This document shows positions 30,990 to 41,838 of a DNA stretch of 64,000 nucleotides, piece by piece (positions within the stretch are counted from its first letter, which is position 1; each line of letters starts with the position of its first letter). The stretch is from Steroidobacteraceae bacterium (GTDB lineage Bacteria > Pseudomonadota > Gammaproteobacteria > Steroidobacterales > Steroidobacteraceae). The notes under the pieces are model-generated. The model was given only the letters and a program-made list of their open reading frames with translations, was not told the origin of the DNA and did no database searches. The DNA lies in contig JAXMGO010000007.1 in NCBI GenBank assembly GCA_046347255.1, forward strand, positions 18,031-82,030. Direction: 5' to 3'. The position numbers and the translations under genes are program-made.

Positions 30990-33011
30990 GTGGATATCCT
31001 GATCGAACACTGGCAGATCGTCGTCGGCGTGATCGCCGCCCTGCTCATCGTGATGAGCTACAAGTCGCTGTTGTGGCTGTGCGGCGTGATCATCGTGCCG
31101 GACGACAGCATCGGCGTGGTGACCAAGAAGTTCGTGCTGTTCGGCACGCACCGGAGCCTCCCGGACGGGCGCATCATCGCGCTCGGCGGCGAGGCGGGCT
31201 ACCAGGCCGATTCGCTCCCCCCGGGGCTGCACATCGGCCTGTGGCCCTGGCAGTACCGCGTCGAGCAGGTGAAGTTCTTCACCGTGCCGCCCGGCAAGGT
31301 CGGCTGCGTCGAGGCCTGCGACGGCAAGCCGCTGCCGAGCGGCCGCATCGTCGCGCGCCAGGTCGAGTGCGATGCCTTCCAGGATGCGCGCGCCTTCCTC
31401 GAGGGCGGCGGCGAGCGCGGACCCCAGATGGATCTGATCCCGCCGGGCACCTACCGCATCAACACGCTGCTGTTCACGGTGACGCTCACCGACGCGGTCA
31501 CGATCCCGCCCGGCAAGATCGGCGTGGTCGAGGCGCGCGACGGCAAGCCGCTCGCCACCGGCCGCGTGATCGCGCGGCACGTCGATTGCGATTCCTTCCA
31601 GGACGCCAAGGCGTTCATGGCCAGTGGCGGCGAACGCGGTCCGCAGATGGCGGTGATCACGCCGGGAAGCTACCGCATCAACCCCTACCTCTTCGCGTTG
31701 CAGACGGCCGACGCGATCGACATCCCGGACAACAAGGTCGGCATCGTGACGACGCGCGAGGGCCAGCCGCTCGGCAAGGGCGAGATCGCCGGCCCGGTGG
31801 TCGACGGCCACGACATGTTCCAGAAGCCGCAGGCCTTCGTGGACCGCGGCGGCAGCAAGGGCCTGCAGGAACAGGTGCTGCTGGCGGGTCGCTACTTCCT
31901 CAACCCGCGCTTCGTCACCGTCGAGATCGTCGACATGTTCGACGTGCCGATCGCGCACGTCGGTGTCGTGATCGCCTACGTCGGCCGCGAGGGCCAGGAC
32001 GTCACCGGCGATACCTTCCGCCACGGCAACCTGGTCAGCAAGGGCGAGAAGGGCGTGTGGGTCGAGCCGCTCGACCCGGGCAAGTACCCGATGAACCCCT
32101 ACACGCACAAGGTCAGCAACGTCCCGACCGCCAACGTGGTCCTCAACTGGGCCACCGGCAAGACCGAGGCCCACAAGCTCGACGCCAACCTCTCGACGAT
32201 CTCGGTGCGCTCGGCCGACGGCTTCAAGTTCAACCTGGACGTATCGCAGATCATCCACATCCCGCGCAATGACGCGCCGAAGGTGATCGCCCGCTTCGGT
32301 GACATGTCGGCGCTCGTCACCCAGGTGCTGGAGCCGACGATCGGCAACTACTTCCGCAACGCCGCGCAGGGCTCGGACATCATCGATTTCCTCAAGAACC
32401 GCTCGCTGCGGCAGACCGAGGCGCGCGACGCGATCTCGGCGGCGCTGCGCGAGTACAACGTCGGCGCGGTCGACACGCTGATCGGCGACATCGTGCCACC
32501 CGAGGAGCTGATGAAGACGCTCACCGACCGCAAGATCGCCGAGCAGGAGCGCGTCACCTACGAGACCCAGCGCCAGGCGCAGGTCGTGAAGCAGCAGCTC
32601 GAGCAGGCGACGGCGCTCGCCGCCACGCAGGCCAAGGTCGTCGATGCCGAGCGCCAGGTGGCGATCGCGGAATTCAATGCGCGTGCCAACGTCAAGTCGG
32701 CCGAGGGAACCGCCGAGGCCAAGAAGATCAACGCCTCCGCCGATGCCCAGGTGCTGCGCACCGTCGGCGAGGCCGAGGCGGCCAAGACCCAGGCGGTCGG
32801 CGGGGCCGAGGCTGAGGTCATCAAGCTCAAGATCGCCTCGATGGAATCGGGCAACTACGCGATCGTGCAGGTGGCCGAGGCGCTCTCCAAGGCGGGCGTC
32901 AAGCTCGTGCCGGACGTGGTCGCCGGCGGCGGCGCCAACGGCGGCACGCTGGTCGACGTGCTGCTCGCCAACCTGGTGCGCGAGGGCATCAGCCGCCCGC
33001 CGGCACGCTGA
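30990..33011 (+). CDS. flotillin-like SPFH-domain protein (YqiK-like) with internal ~64-aa tandem duplication
   Basis: 673 aa. N-terminal TM, SPFH region, long Ala/Glu/Gln-rich coiled C-terminal half typical of flotillins. Residues ~97-160 and ~163-226 are near-identical repeats (PPGK[VI]G.VEA.DGKPL..GR[IV][IV]AR.V[ED]CD[AS]FQDA[RK]AF…GGERGPQM). Confidence 0.8.
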   Translation: MDILIEHWQIVVGVIAALLIVMSYKSLLWLCGVIIVPDDSIGVVTKKFVLFGTHRSLPDGRIIALGGEAGYQADSLPPGLHIGLWPWQYRVEQVKFFTVPPGKVGCVEACDGKPLPSGRIVARQVECDAFQDARAFLEGGGERGPQMDLIPPGTYRINTLLFTVTLTDAVTIPPGKIGVVEARDGKPLATGRVIARHVDCDSFQDAKAFMASGGERGPQMAVITPGSYRINPYLFALQTADAIDIPDNKVGIVTTREGQPLGKGEIAGPVVDGHDMFQKPQAFVDRGGSKGLQEQVLLAGRYFLNPRFVTVEIVDMFDVPIAHVGVVIAYVGREGQDVTGDTFRHGNLVSKGEKGVWVEPLDPGKYPMNPYTHKVSNVPTANVVLNWATGKTEAHKLDANLSTISVRSADGFKFNLDVSQIIHIPRNDAPKVIARFGDMSALVTQVLEPTIGNYFRNAAQGSDIIDFLKNRSLRQTEARDAISAALREYNVGAVDTLIGDIVPPEELMKTLTDRKIAEQERVTYETQRQAQVVKQQLEQATALAATQAKVVDAERQVAIAEFNARANVKSAEGTAEAKKINASADAQVLRTVGEAEAAKTQAVGGAEAEVIKLKIASMESGNYAIVQVAEALSKAGVKLVPDVVAGGGANGGTLVDVLLANLVREGISRPPAR

Positions 33012-33106
33012 CGCGGCGGCGCCGCACGCTTGAGCCACAGCGTGCATGCGCATCGAGGAGGCGCATGCCCGACTGCCTGCGGAGCGAGCCGCGGCTTGCC
33101 GGTGGG

Positions 33107-33820
33107 TCAGAGCGCCTGCCGTCGCAGCACGAGGGCTGCGCGCATTCCGCGGCGAGCGGGGTAGCGAAGCGCATGCCGGATCAGCCAGCGCCGTTCGGCG
33201 GATGCGTCCGTGAGCCATTGACGACACAGGGCCAAGGCCAGTCCAGGGTGGTCCTTGGCGATGTCGCCGACATGGTTGGCGACGCTGCGCCGGACGTACA
33301 GGTCCGGATCGTCCTTCAGCGCCTCCAGGATAGGCAGCAGCGGCCGCGGATCGGCCATGAAGTCCGGCAGGCGCGCCGCCCACGGCAGGCGTGGCCGCGT
33401 CCCTTCCGAGCACAGGCGGCGCACGTGGGGGTCGGCATCGCGCGTCCAGCGCTGCAGGACGCGCAGCGTGCGCTCCGGTTGCGCGGCGAGGAAGGCGCGC
33501 AGCGAGAACTCGCTGCTGAAGCGGCGCGTGAGTTCGTACTGGGCGCGCATCGATGCTCCGAACGGATCGCGCCCACCGTTGTGGGTAGGGTCGAGGCCGT
33601 AGAGCGTGACGAAGCTGATGTGCGGCAGGTAGAAGAAGCCTCCCAGGCCGAACCGATCGGTGCGCGCGAGCGGCGGTGTCAGCGAGGCGAGCATGACGTC
33701 GATCGCGTCGGCATAGCGAGCCGGCAGGTGGGCACGCATCACGCGCGCCAGGTGCGCGCCACGCTGCATCAGCGACAGCGGTGCAAGACCGCGCAGGGCG
33801 TCGGTGCGGAAACGCGCCAT
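33107..33820 (-). CDS. DNA alkylation repair enzyme (AlkD-like, HEAT-repeat) family protein
   Basis: 237 aa from MARFRTDALRG. C-terminal motifs (DPDLYVRRSVANHVGDIAKDHP…) match the AlkD-like family. True start could lie further upstream. Confidence 0.55.
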   Translation of the reverse strand: MARFRTDALRGLAPLSLMQRGAHLARVMRAHLPARYADAIDVMLASLTPPLARTDRFGLGGFFYLPHISFVTLYGLDPTHNGGRDPFGASMRAQYELTRRFSSEFSLRAFLAAQPERTLRVLQRWTRDADPHVRRLCSEGTRPRLPWAARLPDFMADPRPLLPILEALKDDPDLYVRRSVANHVGDIAKDHPGLALALCRQWLTDASAERRWLIRHALRYPARRGMRAALVLRRQAL

Positions 33821-33996
33821 GTCCAGCGGCGCATGCACCCGCCACAGGTTGCGCGCCAGGTGCGACACCGCGGCGCGCCCCAGCAACGAGCGCAGCGTTG
33901 ACCCGCGGCGGATGGCGCGCGGGGCACGAGGCAGGGTCGGCCGGGCTGGAGCGCGCGAGGCGCCGCGCCGCCCGCTGGTCGTCGAGCGCCGCACGT

Positions 33997-34914
33997 TCAA
34001 CTTATTGTCACGCGCACCGACACGTAATGGTCGACCAGCAGCGCGAGGAACAGCAGCGCGAGGTAGCGGATCGAGAACCAGAACACGCGCATCGGCAGAT
34101 CGGTGCGCGGGCTGCGCTTCATCTGCACGGCGAGCCACAGGAAGCGCGCGTCCAGCGCCAGCGCGCTCGCCAGGTAGATGAGCCCGCACATGCCGGTGAT
34201 GTAGGGCAGCAGCGTCACCAGGCACAGGATCACGGTGTACTGCAGCACGTGCAGGCGCGTGAACTCGACGCCGTGGGTCACCGGCAGCATCGGGATGTCG
34301 ACCTTGGCGTAGTCGTGGCGGCGCGCGATCGCCAGCGCCCAGAAATGCGGCGGCGTCCATGCGAACACGATCAGGAACAGCAGCAGCGCGTTCGGATCGA
34401 TGTGGCCGGTGACGGCGATCCAGCCGAGCACCGGCGGCGCGGCGCCGGCGGCGCCGCCGATGACGATGTTCTGCGGCGTCGCGCGCTTGAGCCACAGCGT
34501 GTAGACGATGGCGTAGCCGATCAGCGAGGCGCAGGTCAGCACCGCCGTCAGCACGTTGACCCACGCGACCAGCACCGTCATCGAGGCGACGCCGAGCACG
34601 AGCGCGAAGGCGAGCGCCCGCCGGTGCGAGAGGTGGCCGGTCGGCAGCGGGCGGTTGCGCGTGCGCGCCATGTACGCGTCGATGCGCCGGTCGAGCACGT
34701 GGTTGATCGCGGCGGCCGAGGCCGCCGCCAGGCCGATGCCGAGGTTGCCCAGCAGCAGCGGGCCGGGCGGCGGGAGCCCGGGCGTCGCGAGCAGCGCGCC
34801 GACCACCGCGGTGAGCACCAGCAGCGCGACCACGCGCGGCTTGGTGAGCTCGAGGTAGTCGCGCCAGGACGGCGCGATGGCGGACGCGGCCGGCGGCGCG
34901 GCGACGCTTGCCAT
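33997..34914 (-). CDS. cyoE: protoheme IX farnesyltransferase (heme O synthase)
   Basis: 305 aa, UbiA-fold prenyltransferase. Lies in the cox cluster next to ctaA. Confidence 0.9.
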   Translation of the reverse strand: MASVAAPPAASAIAPSWRDYLELTKPRVVALLVLTAVVGALLATPGLPPPGPLLLGNLGIGLAAASAAAINHVLDRRIDAYMARTRNRPLPTGHLSHRRALAFALVLGVASMTVLVAWVNVLTAVLTCASLIGYAIVYTLWLKRATPQNIVIGGAAGAAPPVLGWIAVTGHIDPNALLLFLIVFAWTPPHFWALAIARRHDYAKVDIPMLPVTHGVEFTRLHVLQYTVILCLVTLLPYITGMCGLIYLASALALDARFLWLAVQMKRSPRTDLPMRVFWFSIRYLALLFLALLVDHYVSVRVTIS

Positions 34915-34916
34915 GT

Positions 34917-35933
34917 TCAGGTCGGGCGCAGCGTGCGGTTCAGCGCGACGGTGCCGAGCAGCAGCAGGGCCGCGCCGGCGTTGTGCGCGGTGGCGAGCCA
35001 CAGCGGGAAGCCGAGCAGCACCGTCGCGATGCCGATCGTGAGCTGCAGCGCCAGCAGCACGAGCACGGCCCAGGCGGCCCGGCGCGCACCCGCGTCGCGG
35101 CGCGCGCGCAGCACGATCACCGCGGCCCACAGCAGCGCGGCGGCAGCGACCAGCGCGCCGAGCCGGTGCGTCAGGTGGATCGCGACGCGCGCCGGCTGCT
35201 CGAGCACGCCACCGAGGTAGTTGACGCCGAGGCCACGCCACAGCACGAACGCCGCGGGGTAGTCGGTCGCCGGCCACCACTCGCCCTGGCAGCGCGGGAA
35301 ATCCGGGCAGGCGATCGCCGCGTAGTTGCTGCTGGTCCAGCCGCCGAGCGCGATCTGCAGCGCGAGCGCCACGAGGCCGATGGCGGCGATGCGCCGCGCG
35401 CGCTCCAGCGGCACGCCGAGGAAGGCGGTCGAGGTGCTCCAGGCGCCGCCGCGGCGCCGCCCGAGCGTGAGCACCAGCCACCACAGCAGCGCCAGCGTCG
35501 TCATGCCGAACAGCAGGTGGAGCGTCACGACCAGCGGCTTGAGCAGCCAGGTCACGGTGAGCATGCCGAGCACGCCCTGCAGCACGACGATGGCCAGCAG
35601 CGCCAGCGCGTAGCCCGGCGCGGCGAGCTGCTCGCGGCGCCAGCGCCAGGCGAGCGCGGCGATCAGCACGATCAGCAGCCCGAGGGTCGAGGCGGCATAG
35701 CGATGGATCATCTCGCGCCAGGCCTTGCCGGTCTCGAGCGGGATCGAGTAGGCGGCGGTGCCGGCCGCATCGGCCGCGGCAGCCGTGGGCGTCAGGTGGC
35801 CGTAGCAGCCGGGCCAGTCCGGGCAGCCGAGCCCGGCCGCCGACAGCCGCACGTAGCCGCCGAGCACGACGACGATGAGGCACAGGCCGAAGCCCGTGGC
35901 CGCCAGTGTACGGATCCATGCCAAGTGCGTCAT
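34917..35933 (-). CDS. ctaA: heme A synthase (COX15/CtaA)
   Basis: 338-aa polytopic protein. [10 protein letters not shown] motif near N-terminus. Confidence 0.85.
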   Translation of the reverse strand: MTHLAWIRTLAATGFGLCLIVVVLGGYVRLSAAGLGCPDWPGCYGHLTPTAAAADAAGTAAYSIPLETGKAWREMIHRYAASTLGLLIVLIAALAWRWRREQLAAPGYALALLAIVVLQGVLGMLTVTWLLKPLVVTLHLLFGMTTLALLWWLVLTLGRRRGGAWSTSTAFLGVPLERARRIAAIGLVALALQIALGGWTSSNYAAIACPDFPRCQGEWWPATDYPAAFVLWRGLGVNYLGGVLEQPARVAIHLTHRLGALVAAAALLWAAVIVLRARRDAGARRAAWAVLVLLALQLTIGIATVLLGFPLWLATAHNAGAALLLLGTVALNRTLRPT

Positions 35934-35936
35934 GTG

Positions 35937-36527
35937 TCAACCGATGTGGGAGAGTTGCAGCAGCTTCCTCAGGTCCTGCAGCAGGCCCCTGGGACCGAGG
36001 CCGGTATCGTAGCGCATCATGAGATTGCCGAGCGGATCGACGATGAAAATCCCGCGTTGCCGGTATTCCTGCGGAAATGCCGCAAGCAGCGCCGCGTCCG
36101 CCGGGCCGCCGGCATCGATGAGCCGCAGGCCCGGATGCTCGCGGTCGAGGAACGCATGGTCGCAGCACGCCGCCGTGGCGAGCAGCACCTGCTGCACGCG
36201 CGGCTGCAGGCGCCCGAGCGCGGCGTGCGTCTGCCGCATCTGCAGCAGCGCCTGGCGGCAATCCGCATCGCAACGGCCGTCGCCGACGTAGACCAGCGAC
36301 CATTTGTCCACGAAGGGCCGGCGCGCGGCCGCGTCGGCTTGCGGCAGCGCGCGCTCGGGCAGCGGCCGCGCGGGCTCTATCAGCTCGCCGTGGTTGGTGC
36401 GTCCGGCCGGTCGCCACGGCGATCCGTAGTACAGCCAGAATGCGGCGAGGAGCGGCGCGAAGAACAGCAGCACCAGCAGCCAGAGCGGGCGGCGCGAGCC
36501 GCCGGGAGTCGCGGGAGCAGTCGTCAT
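35937..36527 (-). CDS. Sco-like/thioredoxin-fold cytochrome oxidase biogenesis protein (hypothetical)
   Basis: 196 aa. N-terminal [18 protein letters not shown] with CxxxC. 4-nt overlap with surf1 stop. Conserved position between surf1 and ctaA. Confidence 0.5.
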   Translation of the reverse strand: MTTAPATPGGSRRPLWLLVLLFFAPLLAAFWLYYGSPWRPAGRTNHGELIEPARPLPERALPQADAAARRPFVDKWSLVYVGDGRCDADCRQALLQMRQTHAALGRLQPRVQQVLLATAACCDHAFLDREHPGLRLIDAGGPADAALLAAFPQEYRQRGIFIVDPLGNLMMRYDTGLGPRGLLQDLRKLLQLSHIG

Positions 36528-37267
36528 GTCGGGCGTTTCCGCAGGTTCATGAACAGGTACAGCACGAGGGCCAGCAGCGCGAGGCCCCACCATTGGACGG
36601 CGTAGGCGATGTGGCGTTCGGGGCCGAAGCCGCTCCCGGCGCCCTGCCACTCGCGCCGGTAGCCGTCGGGCACGTCGGCGGCGAGCAGCAGCTGGCGCGG
36701 CTCGAGCGCATGGCCGAGCGCGGCGGCGAGCTCGGCGCTGCGCGGGAAGCTGGTGAGCCGCGGCCAGGCGCCACCGGGCGCGGGCGGCTGGCGTCCGGCC
36801 GCGATCCCGGCGACCGGCAGCTCGTCGAGCCGGCCACGGAGCGAGCGCAGGTCGCCGGCCGCGAACGCGATGTCGGGAAGCCGCGCGCGCGCGCCCGCGA
36901 CCAGCGGCAGCCAGCCGCGGTTCACGAGCAGCCAGCGGCCATCCTCGAGCTCGAAGGGCGTGAGCACCTCGTAGCCGGGGGCCGGGCCGCGGCTGCTGTT
37001 GTCGAGCAGGAACTGGTGCGTGGCGTCGTAGCGGCCGCGCACGCCGATCTCGCGATAGCGCGGCAGCGCCACGGTGCCGCGCGCGCCGAGCGCTTCGGCC
37101 GTGCCGCCGCCACTGGCGAAGGCGGCGACCAGCGCGCGCTTCTCCTCCGCGCGCCGCCACTGCCAGTGGCCCAGCGCGCCAAACAGCGCCACGCCGGCGA
37201 GCGTCAGCAGCAGCGCCCACCAGGGGCCGCGCAGTTCCCGCTGGCCGAGGGGGACTCGCAGTGCCAC
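36524..37267 (-). CDS. surf1: SURF1-family cytochrome oxidase assembly protein
   Basis: GTG start with upstream GGAGG. Two TM segments flank a SURF1-like periplasmic domain (…LVNRGWLP…). Confidence 0.8.
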   Translation of the reverse strand: MALRVPLGQRELRGPWWALLLTLAGVALFGALGHWQWRRAEEKRALVAAFASGGGTAEALGARGTVALPRYREIGVRGRYDATHQFLLDNSSRGPAPGYEVLTPFELEDGRWLLVNRGWLPLVAGARARLPDIAFAAGDLRSLRGRLDELPVAGIAAGRQPPAPGGAWPRLTSFPRSAELAAALGHALEPRQLLLAADVPDGYRREWQGAGSGFGPERHIAYAVQWWGLALLALVLYLFMNLRKRPT

Positions 37268-37431
37268 GTCGCCTCCGGTCCGCCTGTCACGGGCCCGCAG
37301 GCCCCAAGGACCGGCATTGTGCCGGCAGCCCGGCGGCAGGTACAGGCACGCACGGCGCAGGCGCGGCGGCGCGGCGGCCACGCGCCCGAGGCCCTATACT
37401 CCGCGCTGCAACGACAGGCAGGGGCTCGAGG

Positions 37432-37644
37432 GTGGACGGATTACGCTTGCTGATCATCGCCGCGCTGGTCGCGATCGTCGCCAGCCTCGGCACCGCGCTG
37501 TTCCACCTCGCCTCCGGCCGCGGCGACTCCGGCAAGATGGTGCGCGCGCTCGCGATCCGCGTCGGCCTGTCGGTGGCGCTGTTCATCCTGCTGATCATCG
37601 CCTGGCGCTCCGGGCTGATCGCCCCGCATGGGCTCCAGCGCTGA
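37432..37644 (+). CDS. twin-transmembrane-helix small protein (DUF2909-like)
   Basis: ~70 aa: LRLLIIAALVAIVASLGTALFHL…MVRALAIRVGLSVALFILLIIAWRSGLIAPHGL. Start codon uncertain (GTG 37432 or TTG 37447). Confidence 0.5.
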   Translation: MDGLRLLIIAALVAIVASLGTALFHLASGRGDSGKMVRALAIRVGLSVALFILLIIAWRSGLIAPHGLQR

Positions 37645-38545
37645 GGGCCAGCGCCGGCGCGCGACCTTCGGACTGGCCTGCGCCCTCGCCGGTGCGGTCG
37701 GCTTCGCCTTCAAGTCGGTGCTGATCAAGGCCGCGTACCGCCACGGCGTCGACGCCACCACGCTGCTGGCGCTGCGCATGCTGTATTCGCTGCCGCTGTT
37801 CCTGCTGATGGGGCTGGTGGCGCAGCGCAGCCAGCCACTGCGGCCGACGCCGGCCCTGGCCGGCGAGTTCGCGCAGCTCGGCTTCCTCGGCTACTACGCG
37901 GCGAGCTACCTGGACTTCCTCGGACTGAAGTACATCTCGGCGGCGCTCGAGCGCATGATCCTGTTCATCTACCCGACGCTGGTCGTGGTTTTCTCGGCGC
38001 TGTGGAAGCGCCAGCGCATCGCGCCGCACGTCGCGCTGGCGCTGCTGCTGTGCTACCTGGGGATCGCGCTCGCGGTCGGCCATGACCTGCGCGGTGGCGC
38101 TGCCGGCGACGTGTTGCGCGGTGGCCTGCTGGTCTTCGGCAGCGCCCTGTGCTTCGCGCTCTACCTGTTGCGCGTCGGCCCGATGATCACGCGCTGCGGC
38201 TCGATGCACGTCACCGCCTGGGCCACCACGGCCGCGACACTGTTCGTGCTGGCGCAGTTCGCCGCGCTGCGGCCGCTGCAGGCGCTGGCGCAACCCTGGC
38301 CGGTGCAGGCGCTGTCCATGGCGTTGGCGGTGTTCTCGACGGTGCTGCCGATCTGGCTGGTGGTCGAGGCGATCCGCCACCTCGGCGCCGCGCCGACGGC
38401 CATCATCGGCTCGCTCGGGCCGGTGCTGACGCTGCTGCTCGCCTGGGCGCTGCTCGGCGAGCCGTTCGGCCTGCTGCAGGTCGCCGGCGCCGTGCTGGTG
38501 ATCGCCGGCGTTGCCCTGGTCGGCCGGCGGCGCCAGGGCGCCTAG
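37628..38545 (+). CDS. DMT-superfamily (EamA-like) transporter
   Basis: 305-aa polytopic protein with duplicated EamA-like halves. Confidence 0.75.
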   Translation: MGSSAEGQRRRATFGLACALAGAVGFAFKSVLIKAAYRHGVDATTLLALRMLYSLPLFLLMGLVAQRSQPLRPTPALAGEFAQLGFLGYYAASYLDFLGLKYISAALERMILFIYPTLVVVFSALWKRQRIAPHVALALLLCYLGIALAVGHDLRGGAAGDVLRGGLLVFGSALCFALYLLRVGPMITRCGSMHVTAWATTAATLFVLAQFAALRPLQALAQPWPVQALSMALAVFSTVLPIWLVVEAIRHLGAAPTAIIGSLGPVLTLLLAWALLGEPFGLLQVAGAVLVIAGVALVGRRRQGA

Positions 38546-38576
38546 GGCCGGCCGCGCGGCGTGCCTTCGCGCGCGG

Positions 38577-39461
38577 CTAGACCCAGTAGACGAACACGTA
38601 CAGGCCGAGCCAGACCACGTCGACGAAGTGCCAGTACCAGGCCACCGCCTCGAAGGCGAAGTGGCGCTGCGGCGTGAAGTGGCCCTTCAGGCAGCGCAGC
38701 CAGATCACCAGCAGCATGATCGCGCCGACGGTGACGTGCAGGCCGTGGAAGCCGGTCAGCATGAAGAAGGTCGAGCCGTAGATGCCGGTGCCGAGCTGCA
38801 GCCCGAGCTTCGTCCAGGCTTCGTGGTATTCGCCGGCCTGCAGGTACACGAAGGTGAAGCCCAGCAGGAAGGTGGCGGCGAGGAAGATCGCCAGCTGCGT
38901 GCGGTGCCCGGCGCGCAGCGCGTGGTGCGCGATCGTCACGGTGAGGCCGCTGGTCAGCAGGATCGCGGTGTTGAGCAGCGGCACGCCGAAGGCCGGGATG
39001 GTCTCGAAGCTGCCGTTGGCGTTCGGGCCGAGGTGCAGCGGGCCGTTGGTCGGCCAGCCGCCGAGGTAGTCCTTCCACAGGTACACGCGGTTGAAGATCT
39101 TGACGCCCTCGCCGGCGATCCACGGCACCGACAACGTGCGCGCGTAGAACAGCGCGCCGAAGAAGGCGGCGAAGAACATCACCTCGGAGAAGATGAACCA
39201 CATCATTCCCATGCGGAACGAGCGGTCGACCTCGAGGTTGTAGGCGCCGGCCTGGTTCTCGCCGATGACGGTGCGGAACCAGAAGAAGAACATCGCCGCG
39301 ATCAGCACCGCGCCGGGCAGGAACGACCAGGCCCCGGTCCACTCGTTCAGGTAGGCGGCCGAGCCCAGCACCATCGAGAACAGCGCGATCGATCCGAGGA
39401 TCGGCCAGGGGCTGCCGTGCGGGACGTAGTACTTGCTGCTGTCGGCGTGTGCGTGTGCCAT
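38577..39461 (-). CDS. coxC: cytochrome c oxidase subunit III
   Basis: MAHAHADSSKYYVPHGSPWP… typical subunit III N-terminus; 7-TM protein. Confidence 0.9.
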   Translation of the reverse strand: MAHAHADSSKYYVPHGSPWPILGSIALFSMVLGSAAYLNEWTGAWSFLPGAVLIAAMFFFWFRTVIGENQAGAYNLEVDRSFRMGMMWFIFSEVMFFAAFFGALFYARTLSVPWIAGEGVKIFNRVYLWKDYLGGWPTNGPLHLGPNANGSFETIPAFGVPLLNTAILLTSGLTVTIAHHALRAGHRTQLAIFLAATFLLGFTFVYLQAGEYHEAWTKLGLQLGTGIYGSTFFMLTGFHGLHVTVGAIMLLVIWLRCLKGHFTPQRHFAFEAVAWYWHFVDVVWLGLYVFVYWV

Positions 39462-39501
39462 CGGTACGGATTCCTTAGCGAAAGATCGTGGCCGGCGCCC
39501 T

Positions 39502-40053
39502 TCAGCGGGCGGCGACCCGGGAAACTCCATCGTAGAACGTGTAGCTGAGCGTCAGCCGGTCGATGTAGGCCGGCAGGTCGCGGTCGACGAAGAAACGCAC
39601 CTTCAGCGCGCGCGCCTCGCCGGCGCGGAAGGCCTGCGGCGAGAAGCAGAAGCACTCGGTCTTGTGGAACCAGCTGGTCGCCTTGGCCGGCGCGACGTCG
39701 GGGATCGCCTGTGCGACCACGTCGTGCCCGGTCAGGTTGCGCGCGTAGAACTCCGCCTCGTAGAGCCGCCCGGGATGCACCTTGAGCGCACCCACCACCG
39801 GGCGGAACTCCCAGTTGCCGACCGTCGGCAGCGTCGCCATCAGCTCGACCGTGACCTCGCGCTGCGCATCGACGGCGCCGCCCTGGCGCGCGCTCGCCTT
39901 CACCAGCGCCTTCTCGTTGCCGGCGCCGGTGATGTTGCACAGCACGCTGTACAGCGGCACCAGCGCGAAGCCGAAGGCGAAGCTGCCGGCCGTGAAGGCC
40001 GCCAGCTTCCACGTCAGCCGGCGATTGGAGCCGTTGCGGTCAGCCGCGTGCAT
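39502..40053 (-). CDS. ctaG: cytochrome c oxidase assembly protein CtaG/Cox11
   Basis: 183 aa. Single TM followed by the Cox11 copper-binding CFCF motif ([10 protein letters not shown]). Confidence 0.9.
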   Translation of the reverse strand: MHAADRNGSNRRLTWKLAAFTAGSFAFGFALVPLYSVLCNITGAGNEKALVKASARQGGAVDAQREVTVELMATLPTVGNWEFRPVVGALKVHPGRLYEAEFYARNLTGHDVVAQAIPDVAPAKATSWFHKTECFCFSPQAFRAGEARALKVRFFVDRDLPAYIDRLTLSYTFYDGVSRVAAR

Positions 40054-40176
40054 CTACCCCGCCTTGTGGACCGAGAGCGCGATGAACAGCACGTACACGC
40101 CCGCCGCCAGCAATCCCAGCAGGAGGGTGCTGCGGCGGATGCGCCGGCGGCGCTCGACGTCCGCGTCGATGCTCAA
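40054..40176 (-). CDS. small membrane protein between coxA and ctaG (40 aa, TTG start overlapping coxA stop)
   Basis: MSIDADVERRRRIRRSTLLLGLLAAGVYVLFIALSVHKAG. TTG shares TG with the coxA TGA (…caTTGAgc…). Single TM after an Arg-rich N-terminus. Confidence 0.4.
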   Translation of the reverse strand: MSIDADVERRRRIRRSTLLLGLLAAGVYVLFIALSVHKAG

Positions 40177-41777
40177 TGCCCGGCCCCGCGGGCGATCAGC
40201 GCGGCCGAGGGCGCCTCTTCCCAGGAATGGTGCGGCGCCGGCGACGGCAGTTCCCACTCCAGGCCATGCGCGCCTTCCCAGGTGCGGGCCTCGGCGCGGG
40301 CGCCGCCGCGCACGCACTTCCAGATGATGTACGGGAACAGCAGCTGCGAGAGGCCGAAGGCGAAGCCGCCGAGCGAGGACACCATGTTCCAGTCGGCGAA
40401 CTGCGTCGAGTAGTCGGGGATGCGGCGCGGCATGCCGGCCAGCCCGAGGAAGTGCTGCGGGAAGAACAGCACGTTGACGAAGATCGTCGACAGCCAGAAG
40501 TGCAGCTTCGCGAGCGTCATGTCGTACATGTGGCCGGTCCACTTCGGCAGCCAGTAGTACACGGCGCCCATGATGGCGAACACCGCGCCCGGCACCAGCA
40601 CGTAGTGGAAGTGGGCCACGACGAAGTAGGTGTCGTGGTACTGGAAGTCGGAGGGCGCCATCGCCAGCATCAGGCCGGAGAAGCCGCCGATCGTGAACAG
40701 GAACAGGAAGGCGATCGCGAACAGCATCGGCGGCTCGAAGCTGATCGAGCCCTTCCACATGGTCGTGCACCAGTTGAAGACCTTCACGCCGGTCGGGATC
40801 GAGATCAGCATCGTCGAGAGCATGAAGAACATCTCGCCGGCGAGCGGCATGCCCACCGTGAACATGTGGTGCGCCCAGACGATGAACGACAGGAAGGCGA
40901 TCGAGGCGGTGGCGTACACCATGGCCTCGTAGCCGAACAGCGGCTTGCGCGAGAAGGTCGGGATGATCTCCGAGACCACGCCGAAGGCCGGCAGGATCAT
41001 GATGTAGACCTCGGGGTGCCCGAAGAACCAGAACAGGTGCTGGAACAGCACCGGGTCGCCGCCGCCGGCGGCGTTGAAGAAGCTGGTGCCGAAGAAGTGG
41101 TCGGTCAGCAGCATGGTGACGGCGCCGGCCAGCACCGGCATCACCGCGATCAGCAGGTAGGCGGTGATCAGCCAGGTCCAGACGAAGATCGGCATGCGCA
41201 GCAGCGAGATGCCCGGCGCGCGCATGTTCATGATGGTCACGATCACGTTGATCGCGCCCATGATCGAGGAGGCGCCCATCAGGTGGATCGCGAAGATCGC
41301 CAGCGGCAGCGCGTCACCGCCCTGCAGCACCAGCGGCGGGTACAGCGTCCAGCCGCCGGCCGGCGCGCCGCCCGGCAGGAACAGCGTCAGGATCAGCAGC
41401 GTGAACGCGAACGGCAGGATCCAGAAGCTGAAGTTGTTCATGCGCGGCAGCGCCATGTCGGGCGCGCCGACCTGCATCGGGATCATCCAGTTGGCGAGGC
41501 CGACGAACGCCGGCATCACCGCGCCGAACACCATGACCAGCGCGTGCACGGTGGTCATCGAGTTGAAGAACGCCGGGTCGAGGAACTGCAGGCCGGGCTT
41601 GAACAGCTCGGCGCGGATCAGCATCGCCATCGCGCCGCCGACGAAGAACATGATGCCGCTGAACACCAGGTACAGCGTGCCGATGTCCTTGTGGTTGGTG
41701 GTGGTGAGCCAGCGCCGGATGCCCGTGGGCGCGTGGTCGTGGTGCTCGTGCGTGGCGGCGTGTGCGGTGTTGGCCAT
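40173..41777 (-). CDS. ctaD: cytochrome c oxidase subunit I
   Basis: 534 aa; canonical CoxA sequence throughout. Confidence 0.95.
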   Translation of the reverse strand: MANTAHAATHEHHDHAPTGIRRWLTTTNHKDIGTLYLVFSGIMFFVGGAMAMLIRAELFKPGLQFLDPAFFNSMTTVHALVMVFGAVMPAFVGLANWMIPMQVGAPDMALPRMNNFSFWILPFAFTLLILTLFLPGGAPAGGWTLYPPLVLQGGDALPLAIFAIHLMGASSIMGAINVIVTIMNMRAPGISLLRMPIFVWTWLITAYLLIAVMPVLAGAVTMLLTDHFFGTSFFNAAGGGDPVLFQHLFWFFGHPEVYIMILPAFGVVSEIIPTFSRKPLFGYEAMVYATASIAFLSFIVWAHHMFTVGMPLAGEMFFMLSTMLISIPTGVKVFNWCTTMWKGSISFEPPMLFAIAFLFLFTIGGFSGLMLAMAPSDFQYHDTYFVVAHFHYVLVPGAVFAIMGAVYYWLPKWTGHMYDMTLAKLHFWLSTIFVNVLFFPQHFLGLAGMPRRIPDYSTQFADWNMVSSLGGFAFGLSQLLFPYIIWKCVRGGARAEARTWEGAHGLEWELPSPAPHHSWEEAPSAALIARGAGH

Positions 41778-41838
41778 GGTCGTTCCGTACTGAAATTGCG
41801 TGCGTGGAAGGCTTGCGGTGGCGGAGCGGTGCGCGGGC

